The notes beneath the pieces are model-generated. The model worked only from the letters and a program-made list of their open reading frames with translations. It had not been told where the DNA came from and did not search any database. A DNA stretch of 64,000 nucleotides, taken from positions 15,004,001 to 15,068,000 of the forward strand of contig CM069164.1 in NCBI GenBank assembly GCA_035221665.1, given 5' to 3'. The translations under genes were made by a program, and so were the position numbers. Shown in pieces: positions 38,101 through 62,819 of this stretch. The stretch is from Okamejei kenojei. Its lineage: Eukaryota. The stretch's first letter is position 1. Each line of letters starts with the position of its first letter.

Positions 38101-41100
38101 AGATGATCAGCTATGATTATATTGAATGGCTGTGCTGGCTCAAAGGGCCGAATGGCCTACTCCTGCATCAATTTTTCAATGTTTCTAAATCAAACTTCCC
38201 AGACCATGTATTAATGGAATACCTGACTAATCTCCAGCCATGTCTTCATCAGATCATCAGTTTTTTTGCTGTCCTTTTCATCAATAGCGACCATTGCAAG
38301 AGGTCCAGAGAACTGAGGCAAACGGAAAGTAGTATTAAACACCAGAAATATCACATTTCTTCCTATATCTACTTTTGATTTAAATAGTTACATAATAAAC
38401 TGCTATCTTACTCAAAATTTAGCTCCAATTTATCAAGCACATATAGGCAGTCAAACTCAAAAGTTATGTAAATGAAGGCCATGGTCTACTATTCAGTACA
38501 TTGTAAAGTATAGTATAACCTGTCCTGCAGGTTGTCAGCAGTGAAAATGGAAATGCCCTCTGGGCTTGGCGGAGGACGTTGTGCGGGTCTAGGTCAGAGA
38601 TAGCAGAAGTGGACCCTTGCATTTTTGTTTTTCACCTGCAGTGTCTCTGCTGTTGTATTATATCCAGCACCCTGCTTATTTTCTCTTTTACACATATATG
38701 ATTTGACTGGACAGCACACAAAACAAGGGTTTCGCTGTATCTTGGCAAAGGAAACGTATGAGGGGGAGACATGGGAAGAAAAGTGGGAACTCCAAACCAG
38801 AAGCATCACATTGAAGTATTCACTGAAGTGAAGCACAGGAGCAATGGCTTGAAGAATATGCCGACCGTCTAAGCAATCCCATTACCGCACTCATTTTACA
38901 CAATCAATTTTCTCACAAATGTCCATTGATATGCCCTTCCAACACAATTCTCCCATCACCCACCTACAATAGAGAAAATAGTGGCCAACTAACTTGATAC
39001 ATCTTTGGTATATGGATGGTAATTGCAGCACCTTGGGGAAACCCATGCAGTCACAGGGAGAACGTGTAAACATCCCCCAGGGATCAGGATTGAACAGAGG
39101 GCCATCGGAGCAAAGAGAACTGCACTATCTATAATATCAATTGTAGTGTACTGAAGTGAGGCCCTGGATAAATACACTGGTTGAACACATAGTGGAGCGG
39201 TCTCCACTCTCCATCTACCTGGTGTGCAATCTGAAACCTCGTGCTATCACCCTTTCCCCTTCCATCTGAACTTGGTAACAGAACAGAACAATTGAACGGC
39301 TCAGATGGGACAAATCCCAGTCTGAGATATATGGAAGTGATACAAACCCGCTCTATTGTCTCCTCTGACGTTTTTATCAGTAATTCTGGTTCTGGGGAGT
39401 CGGTAGATTTCAGCATCAGTAGCCGCTGTGACCGGCGAACTATGCGTTGCCCTCCGGAGTCTTTAACCTTTTCTCTATACATCCAAAGAGGACAAAGTTC
39501 ATTATTACGCCGCAACTGCATTAAACTGCAAGTAAAAATGAAACTAAAGTTCATCCCTTATTTACTTTTCAATAACTGCTTTGCCCAGTTTTACAATAAA
39601 GGTAGAATGTGTTATCAATGTTTAGAAATATATATACAGAGAACAAGTCATGCGACCCAACCCGCAAGTAATCAAGTGTTGAAAAATACCAAAATCAAGT
39701 CTTTCCACATCCTCGTTGGTTACCGAAGATAGACACAAAAAGCTGCAGTAACTCAGCAGATGATGCAGCATCTCTGGAGAAAAGGAATAGGTGACATTTC
39801 GGGTCGAGACCCTTTCTTAGTCTTTGGTTACTGCAGATTCATACCTTTTTGGTGTATTCTGTTTCTTAGGTCCTTTTCCACTAACTCCCCAAAGCATTCT
39901 AGCTGTCTGTAAGACAAGAGAAATTCCACAGAGATTGAGGAGATTGTATTTTCAAATTCCTACAAGTGAATGAGCCTTGGTTCTGAACAGAATGGACGAA
40001 AGGACAGCACCAAAAATTGGTAAAAGCAACAGTATAGTAATTTGGAATTTAAGGCACTTCTATTTTCCCATATACAATCGACTCCAGGCCACATTAGGCT
40101 GAGCATTAGTCTCAACATACACTGTGCTTGTTAAACCGTAGTAGCTCGTGAGCTTACCGTAGTAGCTCGTGAGTTTACTGTAGTGGGACCTGGTGTCCTA
40201 TATCACTATTGTATGTTCATGATGGAAATAAGAATACTCAGTATATTCATTACATTTGAATTGTAGTTTTATGTAATCCTCCCATAATTTCTGAGTTCCA
40301 TTTCACAATATCTATCAGACATAGTTTATTTTACTTGTGGACATTTTTCAACATGTTGAAAAATCTTCACGAGTTACCACGTTTCCCGAGTACCCGCTGT
40401 TAGCGCTAAGAGACGTCCCAAGCTCCGACTTACCCGCTACATTCATTCTATGTGCTTGCCACAAATTTTGTTTTTTTGTTTTTAACTCGGGAGAGCTTTT
40501 GGGTGAATTCGCAGTGGGACAGGGCTTTAAAACCTACCCTCTCCTTAGTTTGCCTTTTAACATAGCTAGGGAATCTATTGGGATTCTCCTTTAGTTTCTC
40601 AATTCACCTCCCAATTTCTTACGCAAGCTTACTCCTACATATTTTATACACAAAGCTGACATGTGCCTATTTTTTTTGCCTAGATCCTCATCCCTCATCA
40701 ACTGCAAAGATTTTATCTTCAAATTTTCATACAAATCCTTTTTGAAAGTTAACACCAAATCTGCAGTGCCCTTTCTGATGCATTAATAAACATGCTTCAT
40801 GTAACTGCCGCTGGTATCTTTCCCAAGTACCTTAAGGCGATATCTGTTGGTCTTTGATTTATTAGCCATTAGAAACCGATCTATCCCCACAATCTTTCAG
40901 GATTGAAAGAACCTGCTATAATTCATTGCTCCGAGGAAAACAACCTCAGACAATTGGGCTATAGTATGACAAGCCGCTGGAGTTCAGAAACCAGAATTCG
41001 ACCCATCAAATGGGCAATTTAAATTCAAATAATTAAATAAATCTGGACTTCAAAAATATCTGAGTAACCAGGAAACCACAAAAAGACACCATTTCACTAA

Positions 41101-42867
41101 TGTCCCCAAAGCAGCTGCCTTTACTGGACCCCAGAGCCATCACGGTGATTGAGTCTCAGCAGACTCCCACAATTGCTACAGAATGCCCATGGTAAATAAA
41201 TGCTGTCCACATCGTGAGCAGTTAAATAATCTGCCCATGCCCTACCACATCTAATTTCAGGAAGGCAACTGTTTACCCAATGACAGTTTTTATTTGTAAG
41301 CATGAATTTTAAATGTTCATTCTAACAAATGCCTTGAGTTTAAATAATTCAACACTGTTGGTAATTGGGCTTATTATTGCCTCATGTACCGAGGTACAGT
41401 GAAAAGCACTGTTTTGCATGCTGTCCAATCAGATAGTATACATAAATACAATCATGTCAAACTCAAGAACAATAGGTAGAGGGAAGAGGAAGACAGAGCA
41501 CTGTAGCACATCAGTTCCAGAGACAAAGTCCAATGTCCACAATGGGGTAAATGTGAATCGGACTGTACCCTAGCTAATAGAAAGACCTTTTAAAAGCCTG
41601 ATAACAAAGGGAAACAAGTTATTCCCGAGTCCGGTGGTGTGCACTTTGAAGCTTCTGTACCTTCAGCCACACGGGAGCAGAGAGAAAGACGAATGACCCA
41701 GAGCGCGACAAACCCTTGATTATGTTGCCTGCTTTTCCGGGGCAGCGTGAAGCGTAGATGGAGCCAATAGTGGAAAGTCTGTGTGATGGAGTGGGTTACA
41801 TCTGCAACTGTAATTTCTCATGCTCTTTGGCTGATCTTTTCCCAAATGCAAATTGTGATGCAACCTTACGGTTTGCTTCGTACAGTGTATCTGTATAAGT
41901 TTGTAAGACTCATTGGAGACATGCCAAACTTCCTGTCTCCCAAGGAAGTATAGGCTTTGGTGTGCCTTCTTGGCTGTCACATTAATGTGGTTCAGTCCCA
42001 CTTGCCCACGAGGACTAATATATGTCCCATCTACATTAGTCCCACCTGCATGCATTTGGTCCATATCCCTCCCTGACCAATCCTTGGTACTATCAACACC
42101 ACAGAACTTGAAACTTGCAACCATTTTGGCACCTGCGATGATGCTGACCGGGGCAGGTAATCCACCAGGCTTCCTGAAGTCAATAACTAACTCCTTCATC
42201 TTACTGACATTGAGGGAGGTTGTTGTCCATCATGTTATTAAATTCTCTATGTCCTTCCTGTAGACTTACCTCCAGCATGTTTAATGATGCAAAGAACTCA
42301 GCATTTTCCTTAATGTTTTTCAATCGCTTTTTTTCGTAGAGTGACAACTCCTCAGACTGGTTAAACTATTAAGAAAAATTCAAAGGCTTCAGATATTATC
42401 ATATAGTGAACAGATGATTGCATTCCTTTTAATGTACTCTCATCCTTCAATGCAGTCTTTTGCCTCCAACACTGCAACTTAACTCTAACTGAGCCCACCA
42501 TCATCCAGCCTCCTCTGAAGCGAAATGCACCCCAATCACTCCCCACCTATCCCGACTCGCTATCTGTCCCACTCCCAAACACTCACATCCCTATCGCACC
42601 CCCCTTACCTCCCGCCTCACATTTTACACCCCTCAAGCTCCTCACCACTACTTGCTCATCCCCGGTGCTTTCGCTATCGCTTTCAGAGTCGCCGGCCGCC
42701 GTGGCCCCGGACTGGGCCTCAAACTGCCGTCCACTCGCGTTGCCCTGCACCGGGCGCCTGGGCCTCTTGGACAGCCGTTCATTGCCCGCTGCCTCGGGAG
42801 CGCCGACTGCGGGCAGACGCTTGAGGCTCTCCCGCCGGACAGGGAGCCTGGTGCCGGCCGCCTTCAT
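28898..42867 (-). CDS. WDR76: WDR76 (WD repeat protein 76, Cmr1/DDB2-like family), about 550 aa; 13 coding exons
   Basis: Phase-consistent exons give LSLYEKKRLKNIKENAEFFASL, RRSQRLL, ALAIHPSE, HFSPAN, SSFDFLSEDGSTLLVSHWDG, SAYFSPVTGN, HNNNTGRWLSKFQAVWDPK...VGGNSSGRLHVFM. The true 5' end is uncertain. Confidence 0.93.
30327..30380 (-). CDS. WDR76: WDR76 exon (54 bp)
   Basis: ttgcag|VFDTSAIIPEIPCVASI(T)|gtaagt. Confidence 0.88.
31012..31164 (-). CDS. WDR76: WDR76 exon (153 bp)
   Basis: gccag|CATIYDVRNLKRSSAKAVAHMNPHSRRVNSAYFSPVTGNSVVTTSMDDMI(R)|gtaaaa. Confidence 0.9.
31890..31988 (-). CDS. WDR76: WDR76 exon (99 bp)
   Basis: T-rich tract ctgcag|NLGEQKAHLGLNYLRMVSVHPLDRHYFATAAA(Q)|gtgagt. Confidence 0.87.
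32675..33393 (+). mobile_element. Two adjacent CR1 3' fragments (about 32675-32837 and 32925-33393)
   Basis: GLSYEERLGRLGLYSLEFRRLRG; the 3' UTR and tail are present twice. Confidence 0.85.
33463..33581 (-). CDS. WDR76: WDR76 exon (119 bp) with probable GC donor
   Basis: cgtag|VYVSKDWDTSSFDFLSEDGSTLLVSHWDGDVAIVDRRTR(S)|gcgagt. Confidence 0.85.
33647..34062 (-). mobile_element. L1-clade LINE 3' end with poly(A) tail
   Basis: Minus frame DKYDQFLRSWSPFIDFLESCDAAVP* resembles an L1 ORF2 C-terminus; AT-rich UTR, AATAAA, poly-T on +; TCAACTT on both flanks. Confidence 0.55.
35454..35615 (-). CDS. WDR76: WDR76 exon (162 bp)
   Basis: tgcag|SSRVNDVVAVGQFKPHCSSINCLHFSPANSAEILSVSSDGSIRCGNVAAAVFDE|gtaaaa. 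Confidence 0.9.
35730..36450. mobile_element. V-SINE/HE1-like SINE (- strand) split by a CR1 3' fragment (+, about 35878-36286)
   Basis: SINE halves (ggccaattaacctacaaa... / ...gggaggaaactggagatccctgagaaaa...gagaacgtac) flank the CR1 ORF2 end and UTR; related SINE copies lie near 38875-39130, 47980-48210 and 63745-63955. Confidence 0.65.
36839..36992 (-). CDS. WDR76: WDR76 exon (154 bp)
   Basis: gcag|YMSSLKRMTIQESFVAKVTPKRVCALAIHPSEQRFLVAAGSTYGYIGIWDL|gtcagt. Confidence 0.9.
37089..37132 (-). CDS. WDR76: WDR76 exon (44 bp)
   Basis: cttag|GKSRVKTKQPKELK(T)|gtaagt. Confidence 0.8.
37405..38187 (+). mobile_element. CR1-type LINE 3' fragment
   Basis: QRDLGLLVHQSLK...[20 protein letters not shown]...RGDLIET. 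Confidence 0.88.
38223..38312 (-). CDS. WDR76: WDR76 exon (90 bp)
   Basis: cctcag|FSGPLAMVAIDEKDSKKTDDLMKTWLEISQ|gtattc. Confidence 0.78.
39348..39474 (-). CDS. WDR76: WDR76 exon (127 bp)
   Basis: tatag|EKVKDSGGQRIVRRSQRLLMLKSTDSPEPELLIKTSEETIER|gtttgt. Confidence 0.8.
39845..39906 (-). CDS. WDR76: WDR76 exon (62 bp)
   Basis: ttacag|TARMLWGVSGKGPKKQNTPK(R)|gtatga, phase 0 to 2. Confidence 0.78.
40135..40184. repeat. 21-bp tandem repeat, about 2.4 copies
   Basis: accgtagtagctcgtgagctt accgtagtagctcgtgagttt actgtagt. Confidence 0.7.
42270..42365 (-). CDS. WDR76: WDR76 exon (96 bp)
   Basis: aatag|FNQSEELSLYEKKRLKNIKENAEFFASLNMLE|gtaagt. Confidence 0.88.
42646..42867 (-). CDS. WDR76: WDR76 first identified coding exon
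   Basis: ATG at 42867 inside a CpG island; MKAAGTRLPVRRESLKR...DSESDSESTGDEQVV|gtgagg, phase 0; poorly conserved, so boundaries are less certain. Confidence 0.6.
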
Positions 42868-43210
42868 CTGGTATCGGGGATTCGGGGGGGGGACGGGACA
42901 GCGGCGAGAATCAGTCCTGGATCAACTCAGGAGTGAAGGAAACAAACGTCCTCTTTTTTTCCCACCCCCAATGATACAGGAGGAACCTCTAATATCGTTG
43001 CTCTCTCCTGCGGCCTGATGTAAGCGCAGATTGTATAACAGGCGTGGAGTCCGCCCCCGCCCATCCCATCTCCCGCGCGCCGTCCCCAGCGCGCTCCCGG
43101 GCCGTTGAATCTCCGCGCCATTTTCCCCAGTGGTTTTGATAGAGCGTATTCACAGCCGCCATCTTCCAACGCGCGCGGGACGACGGCATGGCCGGCAACA
43201 GCAACAGCCC
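42650..43210 (-). promoter_or_regulatory. CpG island / WDR76 promoter region
   Basis: Strong CpG enrichment; YY1-type motif AAGATGGCGGC (43155-43165, - strand); GC box GGGCGGGGGCGG near 43050-43062. Confidence 0.65.
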
Positions 43211-43275
43211 TCTGCACCAAAGGCTCTAGCATCTTTGCTCTGCACCCAGTCACCATGGTGGTGGTGGTGGTTCTG

Positions 43276-43421
43276 CTTCTTCTTCTTGCGTGTGGCGTGC
43301 ACAGCCTAAAGTTGTAGGACAACTTGTTCTATTAGATCTTATTTGATTGTGCACACCAGGTTGATTGCATTCGTCGAAACGGGGCGGACCTGTTGCAGTG
43401 AAGGTTGCAATCTCCCACCCC
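43276..43421 (-). mobile_element. Same HDV-ribozyme-headed retroposon, copy 2 (L3 disrupted)
   Basis: Same 5' start GGGGTGG and same body as copy 1; (GAA)4 tail; ribozyme at 43363-43421 with CGAA J4/2 and an insertion in L3. Confidence 0.8.
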
Positions 43422-46400
43422 ACCATCATGGTTCCATTATTGAACTCTCTAGTTTATTGTCACGTGTACTGAAGTACAACGAAAAGCTTTTGTTGCATGA
43501 TAACCAGTCAGCAAAAAAGACAATTCATGATGACAATCGAGCCATTCACATGAGGAGGGAGTGCAAGATAAAGCCAGCAAAGTCCAATCAAACACAGTCC
43601 GAGGGTCTCCAGTGAGGTAGATAGCAGTTCAGGATCTGGATCTGAAGAAGGGTCCCGACCCATAACGTCACCCATTCCTTCTCCCCAGAATGCTGCCTGT
43701 CCCACTGAGGTACTCCAGCATTTTGTGCCTACCAGCAGTTCAGCACTGTTCTCTCATAAGCGAGTTTGGTATTTCAACTGCGCATGCCCAGGTCATAGGT
43801 CACTATCCAGCTGAGCTGCTGCATATACAGACCTGCATTTTATCCGTAGTCAGGATCGAACCTGGGTCTCCGGCACTGCAAGCGCTGTTAAATTGCAACT
43901 GGACCGTTCCCGCCCCCTCCCAAGTGTCCCATCCCTGTCTGGGGGTGGCCGGAGATGTTCAGGGTGACCCTGGACTGATGGGACAGCGGCCCAGAGCAGT
44001 GGCAGCCCCAGGCTTACAGCCAGCACAGAGAAGTGCTAACTCCAGCTCAACTCTGCCCGTCCCACCGGGTTAACCGACAGCCCTGGGACATTTCGGAATA
44101 CCAAACTCACTTATTGTGGTAGGATAGTTCAATTGCCTGATAACAGCTGGCAATAAACTGCCTCTGAATCTGCACACTTTTACACCTTTTGCCTGATGGG
44201 AGAGCAAAGTGGGAGTGGCCATGGTGTGACTGTTCTTGTTTATACTGATGTCTTGCCGAAGCTACATGAATGGAGTCAATGGAGGTTTATTTGTGAGATG
44301 TGTCACAATTCGCTGCAATTTCTTGCAGTCTTGGATGGAGCTTTTCCCAAATCAAGTTGTGATGCATCCCGATAAAATTATTTCAACAGCACTTCTGTAC
44401 AAGTTAGTGAGAGTTGTTGGGGACATGCCAAGCTTCTTAAGCCATCTAAGGAAGAGACATTGGTGTGATTTCTTGGCCATTGTTTCAGTATGGGTAGTCT
44501 AGGAGAAGCTGATGGTTATATTTACTCCTAGGAATTTGAAACCATAAGAAACTCAACTCTGTAAGTTTTTTATTCTCTTAACAAACAACCATTCTTCATC
44601 GCACTTTCTCCCACATCATTTTGCTGTCATGGAGATCGTTACATTCTGCTTGTAAATCTGATTTATAGCTAATTTATTCTGTACTTCCTCAACATGGCCT
44701 CTAAATTCCCCAACAGTGCTGAAGATTGCACCTCTTGTAAGAAGGCACAGCAAGCTATAACTATTAATACTAAGATGAATATAATTAATATCAATTTATT
44801 AACAGAAATTAAAAACAGACGAATGTCTGGTGTATTTTAGTCACTCATTAAATCTTGCAGCATCAACAAAATTATCCTTTATAGTATGGACAAAACAAAA
44901 TTAAGTATCAGCTCTGGAAGTGTATTACATTTGTCTCATGGGAAACACAGCAAATACCGTGGGTGCAGATTTTCACAAATAACTAACTACTCATCAAGGA
45001 GGACAGTTACTCTGTTAATCAAGCATTTAATAAATCTGTCTCAATGTTTCAGAAAAAGATGCCTCAAGTACGTTCATCTTGAGGGATCAGAAATCACTTC
45101 CAGGCTTCAAGGGACCCAACGGTCACCTTACTCTTCAAATTAGTAGTGTCCTCACCACCAAGTTGACAAATGAGGCAACATTTGATGAAGTGATATGGAA
45201 GAGTTATTGGAAACTCACTCTGAAGAACTCACAAAGGAGAATCTTTCAGAGATTACACATCCATTCATCTGAATCTCGTATGTTTAATTTATAAATAGAT
45301 GGAAAGGATATGTTTTTATTGTAGCTCTACTTAAATGTTAATAAAGTGACAGTTTATCATTTCAGATACCTTTATTGATGTGCACGTATGTTTAGGTAAC
45401 TAACTGAAATTCTTCAGGACTGGAAGTTAACCAGAGTTTTTACATTTAAATTAAAGGGAAAAGTTTTTTCCTCTTAAATTCAGTTCAAACAAAACATTTT
45501 CTAGGAATGCATTCCTTTCATGAATACTTGTATTCAAGTCTTTCTTTTATGGAAAAAAGTTTCTGTAGCATAAATACACATGTAAATATCCCAATCATAG
45601 TTTTAAAAATGTCCAGTCCTTTATCAGTAAATCTAGTTTCCTACAAGGACTCACTGAATGTAACTTAATTATTTTGAATGTTGGATTTGTAAAAAAAAAA
45701 TGTATGCAAATTGTTGCACGGCAATGTATTAAATCAAACCGAACCCGATTCCATAGTAACCCAACTCCACTCTGAAAAACAACAGTTCATTGCAACTTTA
45801 TTTTGCCATTAAGCCACTTTGTTAGCCACACTGCCTTTTAATCGATAGCTTCAACCTTGCTGACTTGCACTTTATCTGGTATTTTATGAAGTGGATTTCA
45901 ATGGATCTGACATATTCTCATTGATGAGAGAGAAATAAAACCCAACATTGGTGGAAGAACTCAGTTGGTCAGGCAGCATCTGTGGGAGGAATGGACAAAT
46001 AAAGTTTCAGGTCAGGACACTTTTTCAATCTGAAGGGTCCCAACAAGTTCCTTCAGCACTTTGTTTTTTGCTAAAGATTCCAGCATTTTGTGTGTCCACT
46101 CACATTGGCAGTCTCTTCCACTTAGGAACGAACACCGGGTCTAACCTAGAATTTAATTACCTTAGTGCTGAATTGATTCTTTAATTCAATACCATTCTAA
46201 AGGAACTGCCTGTCAAAACACAATTATATAGTTAGTCACAATAAAGTCTAGCTTCACTCTTCTGTAAATGCAAACATGACCAAGTAAAATTTCTAATCCT
46301 TTATTGGACCATGCATATTCTATAACAATTCAAGTAAATGTTTCGTGTTTTATCATAATACAACTGTTAAAACTGAAAGGCTAGCTTTGTATTCATGGAA

Positions 46401-46646
46401 TGCAAAAATTCAGCTGGAAAGATCCATTTTGTGACCTTTGAAACTTAACTTGTGGTAACACACTTGATTGACACATTGAGGGTACATGAAATGAGCAACT
46501 AGAGCTAGAAGTGGACCATAAAACAATGTCCAAAAAATATTCTTGTTCTTCAGAATATACTCTGCAGCCCAGGATCCCTTTATTTTGTAGTTTAAGTTAC
46601 TTTACGATTCCGTGCATAATTAATGTACAATTTGAACCCAATAAAT

Positions 46647-46775
46647 ATGGGTGACGTTTCAGGTCGAGACATTTCTTTAGACGGGTTTGAAGAAGGTCTC
46701 GACCCGAAACGTCACCCATTCCTTCTATCCAGAGATGCTGCCGGTCATGCTGAGTTACACCAGCATTTTGTGTCT
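46647..46775. repeat. Penelope-like dispersed repeat with a minimal hammerhead motif, inverted arrangement (representative copy)
   Basis: Family consensus (G)GT-CTGAAGA-AGGG-TYTCGR-CCC-GAAA-CGTC-RCC; other copies near 6320, 14420, 17025, 17800, 23865, 39725, 43640, 58255, 61590 and 63205. Confidence 0.65.
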
Positions 46776-47297
46776 AAATATGACATCAGGTTATATACTT
46801 GGACATGAGCATTATACCAGCAGTATTATGCACAGAAATCCCAGAGAGATGAGGTACAGGGATGTGAAGAGATAAGGAAGGAGAAGGTAAGCAAAATGGG
46901 ATCGACAACCAACAGATACCATCTCCCACCTGAGTGACCTCCAAAAAACCTGGTCAGAAATGAAAATGTGACACTTTAAGTGAGTGAGGCTGCAGAATAT
47001 TAAGGATGAATAAAAAGGGGGCAGGCAAAAATAAATTACTGAACCATTGAATTTCACTGCATAAATACAATTTCCAAACCTGGTAACCTAGCTTCAAGAA
47101 TTAAAATACAGGATTAATTTAATTTACATATGACACATATCATGAAGAATACAGACTTTATACACAGATTAAAAAAACAGCAAACATCCTAAGTTGTTAA
47201 ATTTAAGCAACATTACAATTCCATAGTGGTTTAGAGGAATTGGCCAGTTAAATAAAACAGTTTTGAGGATCAGACATTAATTGAACACAACATGAGA

Positions 47298-47303
47298 TTT
47301 ATT
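47298..47303 (-). terminator. Candidate BLM polyadenylation signal
   Basis: AATAAA on the - strand about 385 nt after the stop; further candidates lie downstream. Confidence 0.35.
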
Positions 47304-47687
47304 GTCCAGGAATTCCACCCTGGTCTCAAAGCAAAAATATTCTTTGGGTAGAAAGTACCTTAGATTTTAAATGTTACGGCTTCACAGCCACCAATGTATT
47401 GAAGCAAAAGTAGTTTTGACTACTGATCAATGTAGCAGCATAACTCAGAGGGTACTACCTTAATTTGCCATAGAGGATAGTCTTTAATCAGATGAGATGG
47501 ATTGGATTCAACAGAACAGCAGCTTAATTCATCAGATCTTGTCCAGGTTGGCAGACTTGGAACTTGAATTAAACCAACAAGAAAATGCTTTGGATTCCAT
47601 TTTCCTTACAGATCCAGTCCAACACCATCCATTTGCTCTTTTCACAGGAATGTGAAGGTTTGCACACAGTCAGGCGAAAACCAAGGG

Positions 47688-60706
<13,019 letters not shown>

Positions 60707-61762
60707 TCAGAGAAACCATCAGATGAAAGAAAAATAATGTCCATCCATTTTCTCTTTGTATAATAGCTTAAAGATGGGGAGAAGATGCTACAAGACTGAA
60801 ATTCAAGAATCAGTCTTTCACGCACTTTCTAGGATATATGTAAACCAATGGTTAAAACATGGAAGGATGAGACACAAGGATGGGCATGACAGTGCACCAT
60901 TGAAGTTCAGCATTCTCCAGCAAGGTGAGCTGAATGATTGGTGGCGCCATCTTGCAGGTTGGACATTAAACCAAGCAGCATCTGCTCCCCCGAGCGAGCA
61001 AGTGGTGGAGTTCTTCCACTGAGACAGCTCAATCAATATCACCAAAACATACTATATGATCATTTTTATGGAACCGATTGTGGGAGCTTGATGGGAACAT
61101 TGGCTATGTATTTCCTTCTTCATGTAAGTTACTAATTTTTTTAATTAGTTATAAAGAGCTCCAAGACATTGAGGTTGTGAAATTGAATTTCTTTCTCTTT
61201 GACTGTAAGCATCAATCTCAATACATGTGGGGTGGAGAAGAACACAATAGGCATGAAATTTTGCTTCCATCACAACAGAGATTGTGCATCCAAGTCCTAT
61301 TGTGTTCTGAGATATTGTGCATTGTTTATGTGCCCATACATAAGCAACAACTTTAACGGGTGTTCCTTACAGGCAATCAGGATGCAGTCTAAGACTAATT
61401 TCATTTCACAGCATTGGCACACTGGATTACAAAGTTACGTCATAATGGATTGATTATGCTGGAGAGTATTGGCTGTGAATATCTCCTTAAGGTTTTTACC
61501 ATCCAAATGCACACCCCTCTGTGCAATTTAATAAAATCCACTTTTTTCTAAATATCAATCAGAAAGAAGTTTGATGGATTGTTTAAGAAAGAACTGCAGA
61601 TGCTGGAAAAATCGAAGGTAAACAAAAGTGGTGGAGAAACGCAGTGGGCGAGGCAGCATCGAGAGAGAGAAGGAATAGGCGACGTACAGGTCGAGACCCT
61701 TCTTCAGTTTGATGGGAGTGTTTCTAAAAGGTGGTGGCATGTGATTCTTACTTCACTGCCAG

Positions 61763-62809
61763 TAGGTATGTTACAAAACATACCTTTAGCGGCGCTGCAG
61801 TTCTGCCACTGCCCGTGTGCGCGACTTTGGCGCCTTTGAGAGGTGGGCGGGTTTAAAATGCGATTTTTCTTCAGACTATTCAAATCAATTTTGAACAGGC
61901 TTTTTAGATGCTGAAGAAAAATCGCTTCGACTGCCGTTTTATTAAGTTTATTAAAATTAGCGCTGGAAAAATTAAAAGCAGGAGTAAATTAAAAATCATT
62001 TTCTAAAGCCGTGAACACCGACAACGTGACGGATCTTACGTAGGGGACAAAAGAAGGTACACTGTTTATTTTTACATAAAAACGTGCTTCTTAGGAAGCC
62101 TTTAATCAAAATTTCATGTTACGAAAAGGTGACTAAAAAAAAAAAACGAACCGGCAGTATTTTTCCTGCCGACTCGGGGTTAAATTCACCGCAAAGCGCA
62201 ACGTTCCAATCCATCGCATTCCACAAAAACCCACTCGCAAGTTAATTTAAATGGCCATTAATTTACGGGAATTAAACACTAAATTCCTTCAATTTGGCCT
62301 ATAAATTCATGACAATGAGATTTAAAAATCATGTTATATTGTGAATTCTTGTGTGAATGTTATTTGGACACTTAGGCTTTTTAAAAATGTTAACCTTTTC
62401 TTAAGAAATGGATAGATGTTTAGATCTAGTAATTGAATTTTGTAATTAGCTACAATTAGTAACTAACTAATTATATGCTTTAATTTCAGGTCATCCAAGT
62501 AAGATTGTTTCATATTTGTTTCAGAATGCTTCAAGCTATAATAACTGAAAATGTCATTCAGTTCTCTTTTTTTTTAATAAGAAAGTTATGGGGTTTTGAC
62601 TGTCCTTGATCACAGCTTTTGTGTTAAGTCAATGGAAAAGCAATAGGGAACAAGATGCAAATTTTTGAGTATGAAAATGGCCATAACGTTTTTAATACTG
62701 AAGATATGAAAGTGAATTAGGTGTCAAATTAAACTTCTTTTTATGCTTTATCTGATGGGATAAATTGCAGGCTTGATTTTTTAAATCTCAAAATTTTGTA
62801 ACATTGCTA
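61763..62809. mobile_element. Non-autonomous DNA-transposon-like element (about 1.05 kb) with TIRs and TSD
   Basis: TIRs TAGGTATGTTACAAAA and TTTTGTAACATTGCTA (14/16 match); flanking direct repeat (A)CTGCCAG(T); AT-rich; no ORF. Confidence 0.75.
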
Positions 62810-62819
62810 CTGCCAGTGA

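Noticed and set aside
38492-38593. Pro-rich stretch considered as a WDR76 exon
   Set aside because: It has a stop in the required phase, and exon 38312-38223 fits the family sequence and phases instead.
42927-43322. 131-aa ORF upstream of WDR76
   Set aside because: It is a chimera of the retroposon tail, a trinucleotide repeat and CpG-island sequence.
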